A stretch of 62,402 nucleotides of DNA, counting the filler, from an uncultured bacterium (GTDB lineage Bacteria > CAYJOG01): the NCBI GenBank assembly GCA_964371695.1. It is 32 parts of 32 records of this genome, joined end to end, with 100 filler letters (N's around TTAATTAATTAA, not from the genome) between each part and the next. Parts side by side here need not be neighbours in the genome. Positions count along the whole stretch, not along the records: positions 53,096 to 54,889 come from CAYJOG010000625.1; positions 54,990 to 56,773 come from CAYJOG010000626.1; positions 56,874 to 58,656 come from CAYJOG010000627.1; positions 58,757 to 60,530 come from CAYJOG010000628.1; positions 60,631 to 62,402 come from CAYJOG010000629.1; 27 more parts are not named here. One strand, given 5' to 3'. The notes beneath the pieces were generated by a model. The model did not search any database, was not told the origin of the DNA, and saw nothing but the letters and a program-made list of their open reading frames with translations. Below, in pieces: positions 53,328-62,402 of this stretch (position 1 is its first letter; every line of letters begins with the position of its first letter). A program made the translations under genes and the position numbers.

Positions 53328-54857
53328 ATGGCCCTGGCACGAAAAACACGGCGCGCCCTGGGCTGGACCTTGCTGCTGGCCCTGGGTGTGGGCATTGCCC
53401 TGGGGTGGCGGGCGCGACAGGGGCCGCCGCCCATCGACGTGGTGCGACCCACGCGCCAAGTGGTGGCCCAGGCCATCACCGCCCAGGGGCGGGTAGAAGG
53501 CGCAGAGGAATCTGTCATCTCGGCATTGCAGGCCGGTGTGCTGGAAAAATATCTGGTGAAAGAAGGCACGCTGGTGAGCCAGGGTCAGGCCCTGGCCCGG
53601 ATGGTGTCTTCACTGGAGCAGGCCGAGGTGAACCGCGCCCGCTCTGCCGTGGCTTCGGCCAGGGCGCTTTATGACGAGGCCAGGGCACAGCAGCGGGTGC
53701 TGCCCCACAAACTGGCCGAGGCCCGCGCCCGCCGCAACGAGGCCGTGGACATCGCCACCCTGCGTGTGGAGCAGGCCCTGCGGGATGTGCAGGAGGCCCA
53801 GTCCCTGGCCCAGTCGGGCGGCAATGCCGAGGCGGGTGTGCTCAGCGCCCAGGCCGCCGCCGAAAGCGCCCGCGCCACAGGCGACGCCGCCAGCGCCATG
53901 GTGGAAGAAGCCCAGCGGGAAGAAACCCGCCTCAAACTGCTGCTGGAGAAAAACTCCGTGGCCGCCGTGAGATGGGAGCAGGCCGCCACGCGCCTGAAAA
54001 CCGCCCAGCGCGACCAGGACCGGGCCGAGGCCGCCGTGCGTCAGGCCGAGGTGGAACTGTCCCGTCAAAAAGAGTTGCTGGGCATTTCGCGCCAGAGCGC
54101 CGTGCGCCGGGCCGAAAACGCCCTGGCCCAGGCCCGCCGCGCCCAGGCCGCCGCCCGCGAGAGCGGCGACGCCGCCATCGCCGCCCTTGAAGACACGCCT
54201 CTGGCAGAGCAAACCGCCTCGGCCCTGCGCCGTCACGAAGAAGCCGGGAACGCCCTGGCCGTGGCCCTGCAGCGGGTGGAAAACCTCACCGTACACGCGC
54301 CCTATGGCGGCCTGGTCACCCAATGGCTGCTGCGCCCCGGCGAACAGGCCGGGCCGGGCATGGGGGTGCTGCGGCTTTCGCGCATGGCGTCTCCCCACGT
54401 GCGGGTAGAGGCCGACGAACGGGACCTGGCCCACCTGCGGCGGGGCCAGCGCGTGGTGATGATGGCCGACGCCTATCCCGAAACCCCCTTTGAAGGCGTG
54501 ATTGAGCAGATTGGCCTGCGGGCAGACCCCCGCTCCGGCACCGTGGAGGTGAAGGTGGCCTCGGTTTCACCTCCGAAATGGCTGCGGTCGGGCCTCACGG
54601 TGGACGCCACCATTTTTCTGGAAAAACCCACCCGCCACTGGCTGCTGCCCACCGGCGCGGTGGTGCGCCTGGGCGAAGAAAGCTGGGTGTTTGTGCTGCG
54701 GGGCGGCGTGGTAAAAAAGCAGGTGCTGAAACTGGGGGCCACCAGCGAAAAAGGCACGGTGGTGCTTTCGGGCATCGGCGGCGAAGACCGGGTGGTGAGC
54801 GATCCGCTCAAGGCGCAAGAGGGCCAGCGCCTCAGCCCCCGGCTGGTGAAAAAATGA
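53328..54857 (+). CDS. Efflux RND/HlyD periplasmic adaptor with very long coiled coil
   Basis: N-terminal TM, VKEGTLVSQGQAL, VHAPYGG, EADERDL, VVLSGIGGEDRVV. Confidence 0.9.
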   Translation: MALARKTRRALGWTLLLALGVGIALGWRARQGPPPIDVVRPTRQVVAQAITAQGRVEGAEESVISALQAGVLEKYLVKEGTLVSQGQALARMVSSLEQAEVNRARSAVASARALYDEARAQQRVLPHKLAEARARRNEAVDIATLRVEQALRDVQEAQSLAQSGGNAEAGVLSAQAAAESARATGDAASAMVEEAQREETRLKLLLEKNSVAAVRWEQAATRLKTAQRDQDRAEAAVRQAEVELSRQKELLGISRQSAVRRAENALAQARRAQAAARESGDAAIAALEDTPLAEQTASALRRHEEAGNALAVALQRVENLTVHAPYGGLVTQWLLRPGEQAGPGMGVLRLSRMASPHVRVEADERDLAHLRRGQRVVMMADAYPETPFEGVIEQIGLRADPRSGTVEVKVASVSPPKWLRSGLTVDATIFLEKPTRHWLLPTGAVVRLGEESWVFVLRGGVVKKQVLKLGATSEKGTVVLSGIGGEDRVVSDPLKAQEGQRLSPRLVKK

Positions 54858-54866
54858 GGCCCCGCC

Positions 54867-54889
54867 GTGCGATTTGAAGTGATGATGGC
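54867..54889 (+). CDS. Start of probable ABC (FtsX/LolE-type) permease
   Basis: GAGG RBS then GTG: MRFEVMM; position after the adaptor gene; only a few codons visible. Confidence 0.3.
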
Positions 54890-54989
54890 NNNNNNNNNNN
54901 NNNNNNNNNNNNNNNNNNNNNNNNNNNNNNNNNTTAATTAATTAANNNNNNNNNNNNNNNNNNNNNNNNNNNNNNNNNNNNNNNNNNNN

Positions 54990-55977
54990 GCACCAGGCCG
55001 TCACCCAGATTCGCCACCACCACGACCTCAACCACCGGGTGCCCGAAGGCAACCGCGACGAAATCGGCCTGCTTGGGCAAGAGGTCAACCAGATGCTTCA
55101 GGAACTGGACACGAAAGACAAAAACCTGCAAAACGCCCTGGCCCTGGTGAGCGACATGCACGAACAGGAACAGGAGGAACGCCACGACGCCCTCAAGGTG
55201 CAGCGCGCCCTGTTGCCCCCCTCACCCTGGCGGCAACCGGGGGCCACGGTGTATTCACAGTTCAACCCGGCGGCGGTGATGTGCGGTGATTTTTTTGATC
55301 TGGCCCGGCACGGCGAAACACTGGTGATCTTCATTGCCGACGTGAGCGGCCACGGGGCCAGCGCGGCCATTGTGTCGGTGGTGCTCAAAACGCAGTTTGA
55401 CTTGGTGCTGGCCCGCACACCGCAAGGCAAACCCCTCTCGCCAGAAAACCTGTTGCGGGAAATGGACCAGGAACTCGCCCGCCTGGTGCCCGCTCACCTG
55501 CACTATGCCACGGCCCTGTGCGCGGTTTTTTCTTCCCACACCGGCGAGCTTGTTTTTTGCCGGGCGGGGCATCCGCCGCCCATGGTGTTCATGGCGGGGC
55601 AAAAAGTGGATTTCAGCGCCGCCCAGGGGCTGCCTCCGCTCAACTTCATTCACTTCGCCGAAGAAAAATCTCCCCTCCCCCGCAACATTTCGGTGGTGCT
55701 GCAACCCGGTGCGCGGGTGCTTTTTTACACCGATGGCGTGGTGGATATTTTTGACGCCCAGCACCGGGAATGGGGTGTGCAGGGCCTGGAGCAGGCCGCC
55801 GGAAAACTGCTGCACCTGCACGGAGAAGAGTTTCTCTGTGCCCTCACGTGGGAATCCGACAACCGGCATCACAGTGAGTTTCCGCGCGATGATCAAGCCA
55901 TGGTGCTGCTGGAGATAGACGCCGCCGCCACCGCGCCTGCGCCAATTGTGCGGGAAGAAGTGCAGGCAAAAGCCTGA
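54990..55977 (+). CDS. HAMP + SpoIIE/PP2C (RsbU-like) phosphatase, 5'-truncated
   Basis: DEIGLL (HAMP), CGDFFD, ADVSGHG, AGHPPP, YTDG, DD. Confidence 0.92.
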
Positions 55978-56006
55978 CCCACCCTTCGCCCGTGTATCCT
56001 CCTGTC

Positions 56007-56711
56007 ATGGGCACCCGTGTTTTTCTTTCTCCCACGCCCGCCAGCAGCGTGGCCGGGATGATTCCGTCGCTGGAACCGCACCAGAACGCAGCGGCTCTGT
56101 TTTGTGGCTGGGGGGCAGAGGTGCACCTGCTGCTCAAAACCGGCGTGGGCAACGTGGTGGCGGTGGATCAGTTGCAGGGACTGATGGACCTGATGCGGGG
56201 TGAACTCCCTGAAGGGGACAGGGAACGGGTACACACGGCGGTGATGGACGCCCAGGCGTTTCTCATGCTCGCGCCGGAGCACCCGGGTTTTGACGTGATC
56301 ACCGCGCTGGGGGGCGGCCCCAGTTATGTGGGCCAGGGGGCATTGCTGGCCGCCATGCGCGAGCGCCTGGCCCCCGGCGGCGTGGCCCTGGTGGGCGACC
56401 TTACCGCCATAGACGAAAACCGGCGCGGCGAAGTGAGCCAGCTTTTTGGTGTGGAGCCTGCTTATGTCATGAACCGGGCCGGTTATCTGCGCCTGGTGGA
56501 ACACGCTGGTTTCACCGTGACCGCAGAAGCCCAAAGTTCACCTCAGGACTGGGCGGATTATTTCGCCCGCATGGAAAGCTTCATCGGCATGGACCTGTTC
56601 CCCTTCAACGACACCGCTTTTCCGCCACAACTCGAAAAAGAAAAAACCGTCATGCTTTCAGAAAATCCGCCGGGGACTTATTTCACCTGGCGACTGGAGA
56701 AGAAAAGTTGA
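56007..56711 (+). CDS. Class I SAM-methyltransferase-like protein
   Basis: Degenerate motif I LFCGWG, VVAVD, FDVI, LAPGG, AGF. Confidence 0.65.
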   Translation: MGTRVFLSPTPASSVAGMIPSLEPHQNAAALFCGWGAEVHLLLKTGVGNVVAVDQLQGLMDLMRGELPEGDRERVHTAVMDAQAFLMLAPEHPGFDVITALGGGPSYVGQGALLAAMRERLAPGGVALVGDLTAIDENRRGEVSQLFGVEPAYVMNRAGYLRLVEHAGFTVTAEAQSSPQDWADYFARMESFIGMDLFPFNDTAFPPQLEKEKTVMLSENPPGTYFTWRLEKKS

Positions 56712-56873
56712 CACCACTTTTTAGAACCCCTAACAAAACTCCCTCCCTGGAGTTTTGTTAGCGCCGAACCGGGNNNNNNNNNNNNNNNNNNNNNNNNNNN
56801 NNNNNNNNNNNNNNNNNTTAATTAATTAANNNNNNNNNNNNNNNNNNNNNNNNNNNNNNNNNNNNNNNNNNNN

Positions 56874-57626
56874 GCCCTCACGGCCAGTCTGGCATTGGCG
56901 TTGTCGCGGCTGGGAGCCAGTGTGGCGGTGCTGGATGCCGACCTGAACGGCCCCAGTCAGGGGGCCATGCTGCGGCCAGACACCCCCGCCAGTAAAAACA
57001 CGGAAGGCCGCTTCACCCCCGGCCTGCGGGGCAATCTGGCGGTGATGGGCATGGATGTTTTCATTCCCGGCCAGGAAAGCCCCTTGCGCTGGGAAAACGC
57101 CGGGGGACTCGCGGAGGACAGTTATGTGTGGCGGGGCCTGACCGAGGCCCGCGCCGTAGAGAGCCTGCTCACCGACACCGACTGGGGCCAGCGGGACATG
57201 CTGCTCATTGATCTGCCGCCGGGCACCCACCGCATGGAGGAATTCCTGCGTATTTTGCCCGATCTGGACGCCCTGCTGCTGGTGGGTGTGCCCAGCCCCG
57301 TGGCGGGGCAGGTGGTGGCGCGGTCCATCACGCTGTGCAACCGGCTGGGGTTTCCGCTGATGGGGCTGGTGGAGAACATGTCCGCCGTGGTGTGCGAGCA
57401 GTGCGGCCACGAAAACTCGCTGTTCCCCGGCCAGGAGGGGCTTCAGGCCCTTTCGGCGCGCCACAACGTGTCATTTCTGGGGCGTGTGCCTTTTGACAAA
57501 GGATTCTGCGAACTGCTGGACACGGGTCGGGACCCCTTTGAAAACCCCGGCCCGGCGGCCACGGCCCTTTTGGCGTTGGCCACCGAGGTGAACAATGTTC
57601 TACTGAAAAGGAGAATCGCCCCATGA
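56874..57626 (+). CDS. Mrp/NBP35 (ApbC) P-loop ATPase, 5'-truncated
   Basis: LDADLNGPS, VWRG, DWG, LIDLPPGT, GLVENMS, CEQC, FLGRVPFD. Confidence 0.92.
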   Translation, partial: ALTASLALALSRLGASVAVLDADLNGPSQGAMLRPDTPASKNTEGRFTPGLRGNLAVMGMDVFIPGQESPLRWENAGGLAEDSYVWRGLTEARAVESLLTDTDWGQRDMLLIDLPPGTHRMEEFLRILPDLDALLLVGVPSPVAGQVVARSITLCNRLGFPLMGLVENMSAVVCEQCGHENSLFPGQEGLQALSARHNVSFLGRVPFDKGFCELLDTGRDPFENPGPAATALLALATEVNNVLLKRRIAP

Positions 57627-58075
57627 TTTTTGTGTGCAACAAGTGTGGCCAGCCCATGAAATACAAGGAACAGGCCAACCCTGAACAGGGGTCGGTGAAC
57701 ATCACCTTTGAAGGCCCCTGCGAAGAAAAATGCGCCTTTACCATGGTAACCAACCCCGCCGAAACCCAGATGATCGGCGCCTTGGGGGTGAAAATCGGCG
57801 GCAAGCCCCTGCCCCAGGAAATCCGCCCCGGTGTGCCGCTGGAAAGGGTAGACAAAGAGGATGACGCCGGTCATACTTCGGCGAATTCTTTAATGGCGGA
57901 AGGCGGCGTGACCTGGAGCGAAGCAGCCCAGGAGCGTATGGGCCGGGTGCCGGTATTCATCAGAGGAATGGTCAAAATCAGTTATGAAAAATACGCACGC
58001 GATCTGGGGATCAACCTGATCACGCCCGAAACCATGGACGAGGCCCGCGAAGCCCTGGGTATGCAGGGCATGTAA
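57623..58075 (+). CDS. Cys-containing protein with C-terminal PCP-reductase-like (PCP_red) domain
   Basis: CNKC and CEEKC, MVTNPAETQMI, then WSEAAQERMGRVPVFIRGMV, EKYA, ITPETMDEAR. Confidence 0.75.
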   Translation: MIFVCNKCGQPMKYKEQANPEQGSVNITFEGPCEEKCAFTMVTNPAETQMIGALGVKIGGKPLPQEIRPGVPLERVDKEDDAGHTSANSLMAEGGVTWSEAAQERMGRVPVFIRGMVKISYEKYARDLGINLITPETMDEAREALGMQGM

Positions 58076-58099
58076 TAAAGAGTCAACTTCAGGAGCACC

Positions 58100-58656
58100 A
58101 TGAGCCAGCACGCGCACAACGATTCTCACGCCCACCACGGCCATTCCCTGGCCCATATTTTTCTGGATGTGTTGCTGGGCATCTTCAAGGTGGGGCTGAC
58201 CATCGGCATTGCCTGGTTCGCCATCAAAACCATCAACGGCACCCCCATGGGCGGCCCCGGCGCGGTGCCCGATTACCGCGACCCGCTTTTCCCCGGCAGC
58301 AACCGCTTCATCATGTGGATGCTCGGTGAAATCCACCTGATGCTGGCGGCTTTCATGCTGGGGGTGCCGCTGTTCAGCATCATTGTGGAAATCATCGGTT
58401 GGCGCACGGGCGACAAGAAGTTCGATTATCTGGCCTGGGAGTTCACCAAGCTGGTGTCCACCGCCAGCCTGTGGACAGGCATCATCGGCGGCGGCCTGCT
58501 GGTGGGTTTCTTCACGCTCTACGGCAAATATTCCTCTTATATGTGGTACATCTTTGGCGGCACGGCGGGCTGGTATGTGGGCCTGCTGGTCACCGCCATC
58601 GTCATCACCCACCTTTACTTTTTGTCGTGGGATCGCCTGACGGGCAAACTCAAGGG
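58100..58656 (+). CDS. Cytochrome bd-like oxidase subunit I (Nitrospira/Nitrospina-type bd-like), 3'-truncated
   Basis: AGGAG RBS; WMLGEIHLMLAAFMLGVPLF, EIIGWRTGDKKFDYLAWEFTKL with conserved heme-ligand His. Confidence 0.7.
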
Positions 58657-58784
58657 NNNNNNNNNNNNNNNNNNNNNNNNNNNNNNNNNNNNNNNNNNNN
58701 TTAATTAATTAANNNNNNNNNNNNNNNNNNNNNNNNNNNNNNNNNNNNNNNNNNNNCCCCCAAGGAGGTTTTATAGAAGCGGGA

Positions 58785-59570
58785 TTACCCAAATCTTCCG
58801 CAGATGTAGTCGTTGGTTTCTTCTTTTTGCGGGTTCTGGAAGACCTGTTCGGTTTCGCCTGATTCCATCAGGTAGCCGTTGAGGAAAAACGCTGTCTGCT
58901 GGCTGCACCGCATGGCCTGGTGCATGTTGTGGGTCACCAGCACAATGCCCAGACTGTGGCGCAGGTGGCGGATGGTTTCTTCCACCTGGGCGGTGGCGGT
59001 GGGGTCCAGGGCGGCGCAGGGTTCGTCCATCAGCAGCACTTCGGGATACACACTCAGCGCGCGGGCGATGCACAGGCGCTGCTGCTGGCCGCCGCTGAGC
59101 GCGGTGGCGCTGTCGTTCAGCCGGTCTTTTACTTCGTTCCACAGGGCTGCCATGTTCAGACTTTCTTCCACCACCCGGTCCAGGTCGGCTTTTTTGCGCA
59201 GGCCGTGCAGGCGGGGGCCAAAGGCCACCGTCTCCCAGATAGTGGCTGGGAACAGGTTGGGGTGCTGAAACACCATGCCCACGCGCCGCCGCAGGTCCAC
59301 CACCTCGTGGGCGGTCTGGTAAACGTCTTCACCATCCAGCAGCACCTGGCCCTGCACTTTGATCTGGGCGTCTTCTTCAAGAATGCGGTTGAGGGTTTTG
59401 AGGAAGGTGCTTTTGCCGCAGCCGCTGGGGCCGATGATGGCGGTCACCAGACGGGGGGGCATGTGCATGGAAATGTCGAACAACACCTGCTTCTCACCAT
59501 AAAACACGTTCAGGTTGCGGGTTTCGAGCGTGCCCAGGGGCAGGGCGTGTGCGGCAGTGGCGGAGGGCAT
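58785..59570 (-). CDS. pstB: Phosphate ABC transporter ATP-binding protein
   Basis: [47 protein letters not shown]; start at MPSATA. Confidence 0.96.
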   Translation of the reverse strand: MPSATAAHALPLGTLETRNLNVFYGEKQVLFDISMHMPPRLVTAIIGPSGCGKSTFLKTLNRILEEDAQIKVQGQVLLDGEDVYQTAHEVVDLRRRVGMVFQHPNLFPATIWETVAFGPRLHGLRKKADLDRVVEESLNMAALWNEVKDRLNDSATALSGGQQQRLCIARALSVYPEVLLMDEPCAALDPTATAQVEETIRHLRHSLGIVLVTHNMHQAMRCSQQTAFFLNGYLMESGETEQVFQNPQKEETNDYICGRFG

Positions 59571-59863
59571 GGTGATTAACTCTTTCCAAATGGTTGCGGC
59601 ATCCGGGGCCAAAGGCCATGGATGGCCGTTTCCGCCGCCGCCCCAAGGCGGACGGTGCTCGTCGAAAATGGGTCTTTTGCGTAAAAAACCGTGATAAATA
59701 GACGCTTGTTCGGGTTGGGCTGGGGCGTGCGGCGTTGTTTGCAAGGTTTCACGGATGAAACCGGCGAACCCAATATGAAATTGGCCGGGGTTTTGACTGG
59801 ACGTGCAAAAAGCAGGCTCTTTATGGAGGTTTTAAGGTTAACAGCGGCGGCAGCGGACATGGT

Positions 59864-60530
59864 TCAGTTCGCCAGTTTCTTGCGCAGTTGATAACGCAGC
59901 ACAATGGCCGTGGCGTTCAGCCCCAGCACGGTGGCCAGTAGCACCAATGTGGTGGCGGCTCCCACGGACTGCCCCACCTTGGGGTCGGTGTATTGGGTGA
60001 CCATGTAATAGATGTGATAGGCCATTTCCATAAAACCACTCAGCAGGTTGGGCACATAAATGACGTGGCCAGAGGTGATGGGAATGGCCATGAGGGGCAG
60101 GTCCTGCTGAAAACTCACCGCGCCGGTGAAGAGGATGGGGGCGGTTTCTCCGGCGGCGCGGGCCACGCTGAGGATGGCGCCGGTGAGAATGCCCGGCATG
60201 GCCTGGGGCAGCACCACCTGATGCACCGTTTGCCAGCGGGTGGCCCCCAGGGCCAGGGCGGCGCTGCGGTGTGCTCTGGGCACATTCTTGAGCGCTTCCT
60301 CGGTGGCGGCCATCACCACCGGCAGCACCAGCAGGCTCAGTGTGAGAGACGCCCACACCAAGGCCCCCTTGCCAAAGTGGGGGGTGGTGTGGCCGGTGGC
60401 CTTGTCCATGGCCCCGCCAATGAACAACACAAAAAATCCCAGGCCAAACAGGCCATAGACAATGCTGGGCACGCCGGCCAGGTTGTTCACGGTGCTTTCG
60501 ATGAAACGATAGAGGCGGCCACCCTTGATG
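59864..60530 (-). CDS. pstA: Phosphate ABC transporter permease, 5'-truncated
   Basis: NNLAGVPSIVYGLFG, EEAL, ALGAT, ARAAGETAPI. Confidence 0.95.
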
Positions 60531-60630
60531 NNNNNNNNNNNNNNNNNNNNNNNNNNNNNNNNNNNNNNNNNNNNTTAATTAATTAANNNNNNNNNNNNNN
60601 NNNNNNNNNNNNNNNNNNNNNNNNNNNNNN

Positions 60631-61109
60631 CCGTTCACCTTTACCGCCCCGAATATGACGCAGGCATGAACCGCGCCCCGTTCTCCAAGGCCGACCGGCG
60701 TTACATTCCCCGGCGGTGGATGGATGACAGGCGGTTTCGCGCCCACGACACCAGCGGCGAAAAGTGGTTTGGTTTTGACAGCGTGAAACCGGTGCTGGAA
60801 GTGACCGAAGACCTGCTGCTGGTTCCCCTCACCGGCCACTCGCCGGGCCACGCCGGTGTGGCGGTGAACACCCCCCAGGGCTGGCTGCTGCACGCGGGCG
60901 ACGCCTATTACTACCGCAACGAACTGGAACTGGACGGCACGCCCGCGCCCCCCATCATCCGGGCCTTTCAGCAATTCTCGGCCCACCACTTCGACACGCT
61001 CATCGCCAACCGTCGCCGCCTGCGGGAACTCATCCACACCCATTCCGATGAAGTAACCGTGTTCGGCTCCCACGACATGGGTGCTTTTCAGCAACTGCGG
61101 CAAGGCTAA
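60631..61109 (+). CDS. MBL-fold metallo-hydrolase, 5'-truncated
   Basis: GHSPGHAGVAV, LLHAGDAYY, GSHD. Confidence 0.88.
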
Positions 61110-61123
61110 AAAAAAAACGCAGG

Positions 61124-62185
61124 CTACGCTCGCACGTATTTTTTCTCACCCATGCCAAACAGGCCGTCCACGCTGTGTTTTTTTCCGGCGCTGTCTTTGA
61201 TGCTGCCGCTGATTTCACCATAGGGGCCGTAATAATCGCTCTCCATCACCAGCAGGTTCATTTTGACAATACCCGGATAACGCGGCGTGAAGGTGACATC
61301 CACCCGGCCATATTCATCCTTCACCGACCAGGGAGCGTCCACACCACCGGGCCGATGCACCTTCACCGGAGGCAGCGGGTGCATGCGCCCCCCGGCCCAC
61401 AGGCAGTTTTCGTTGTATTTCTCCGGCTCCAGTATCTGGTTGTCGGTGAGGTTGAAACCCAACAACTTGCCACCCGCCTCCCGCCCCGCGCCGGTCACCC
61501 AGTCATAACGCATCCTGTACGGGTAATACCCCTTGTGGTCATCCATGATCATGAAACTGTCGTTTTCCCTGAAGGTGTGTTTCGTTTTGCCGTGGGTGAG
61601 CGTGCCCTGCATCGGCATGAGGTTTTTGTGCGTATAAAGCGCCCGGTTTGGGCCAAAGGGCTGGCAAATCACAATGGGGGCCGTTGTGTCGTCGTGCAGG
61701 GCAGTGAGGTGCGCCTGCACATCCGGCCAGCCCTTGTGGTCCGTCACACTGAGCTCCAGCGTGATGCGCCCGTGATCCAGATCATTGTGAAACCGCAGGG
61801 AGACATCCTTGCTGACATACCGCGTGTGGGTGTCAAACAGACCGCTGGCCACGTGGGTCTCCCAAAACGGTACGAGTTTTTCGTAGAGCCACTTTTTCTG
61901 GTGCTTTTTGTCTACCACCACCACCTGGGCCAACCCCACCGACTTGCTGTTATAAACCACCGCCAGACAAAAGAGGTTTTCATTGCCAAACTGAAACGCC
62001 TGCCATTCCTTCAGGCGCAAAAACTTCAGCCACTCCATATCCACCGGCCCCAGAGGGTTTTTGGCCTCAAGCGGATTGATGCGCCGCACGGCTCCGCTGA
62101 AAGTGCCAAAGGTGAACTGGCCAGCCTTCACCAGTGCCTCTGGGGGCGGCAAGACTTGTCGAGGGGTATAGGTTTTGCCGGACAT
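61124..62185 (-). CDS. DUF2804 domain protein
   Basis: RLKEWQAF, YTHK, DDHKGYYPY, GFNL, NENCLW, GPYG, GMGE. Confidence 0.8.
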   Translation of the reverse strand: MSGKTYTPRQVLPPPEALVKAGQFTFGTFSGAVRRINPLEAKNPLGPVDMEWLKFLRLKEWQAFQFGNENLFCLAVVYNSKSVGLAQVVVVDKKHQKKWLYEKLVPFWETHVASGLFDTHTRYVSKDVSLRFHNDLDHGRITLELSVTDHKGWPDVQAHLTALHDDTTAPIVICQPFGPNRALYTHKNLMPMQGTLTHGKTKHTFRENDSFMIMDDHKGYYPYRMRYDWVTGAGREAGGKLLGFNLTDNQILEPEKYNENCLWAGGRMHPLPPVKVHRPGGVDAPWSVKDEYGRVDVTFTPRYPGIVKMNLLVMESDYYGPYGEISGSIKDSAGKKHSVDGLFGMGEKKYVRA

Positions 62186-62225
62186 GGCCTGAGTTTAACG
62201 GATGCGCTGACGGCAGAGATTGATG

Positions 62226-62366
62226 AACCTTCTGTGGAAACCGCAGAGCTGAATGTCGATATGACATTCTCCGTAGTAGCCACGGGCGTCCCGCCTGTGG
62301 CATAAAAACAAAGGTCAAAAAACCTTTTTGCTTTCACTGGATTCCCGCTTTCGCGGGAATGACGGC
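62226..62366 (+). repeat. Composite ~140-bp element, near-copy of 10306-10445
   Basis: GTAGTAGCCACGGGCGTCCCGCCTGTGGC + CTGGATTCCCGCTTTCGCGGGAATGACGG. Confidence 0.85.
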
Positions 62367-62402
62367 AAGCGTGACATTTTGATTTTTTATGCGCGAAGCG
62401 CC

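Noticed and set aside
58785-60530. pstA/pstB physically separated from pstS (38611) as a rearranged operon
   Set aside because: They lie on different contigs, so linkage cannot be judged
1953-60630. Regularly spaced TTAATTAATTAA repeat flanked by Ns, about every 2 kb
   Set aside because: Artificial six-frame-stop contig linker, not CRISPR or a biological repeat; adjacency across linkers carries no meaning

Overview
This window is not one locus. It is 32 unrelated short contigs (about 1.95 kb falling to about 1.77 kb, sorted by length) joined by 100-nt N/TTAATTAATTAA linkers, typical of a fragmented draft genome or MAG of a GC-rich diderm bacterium (lpxC, beta-barrel proteins and ExbBD/TolQR are present). 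Gene context is therefore meaningful only within a contig. Most genes are housekeeping or common accessory genes, many truncated: miaA, lpxC, folC, rel/spoT, rpiB, fabH, pstS/A/B, dnaB, nadX, prmC, prfA, arsC, gpmI, peptidases, ankyrin/HEAT/TPR proteins, and an Mrp-PCP_red-cytochrome bd-like cluster. No CRISPR array, rRNA, tRNA or transposase was recognised. The most interesting signals are non-canonical. (1) A dense, modular set of palindromic REP/MITE-like repeats with compensatory stem changes fills the intergenic spaces. (2) Two of these repeats have entered protein-coding genes in frame: a GTAG-REP doublet inside prmC, and a multi-hairpin repeat at the N-terminus of a putative porin. This resembles Rickettsia palindromic elements. 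(3) A TANNNT -10 box sits 6-8 nt before the start codon of about 15 genes that lack a Shine-Dalgarno, suggesting widespread leaderless translation. (4) An aldehyde dehydrogenase switches codon usage abruptly mid-gene, which suggests a chimera. All family assignments are from motif recognition by eye; no database search was run.
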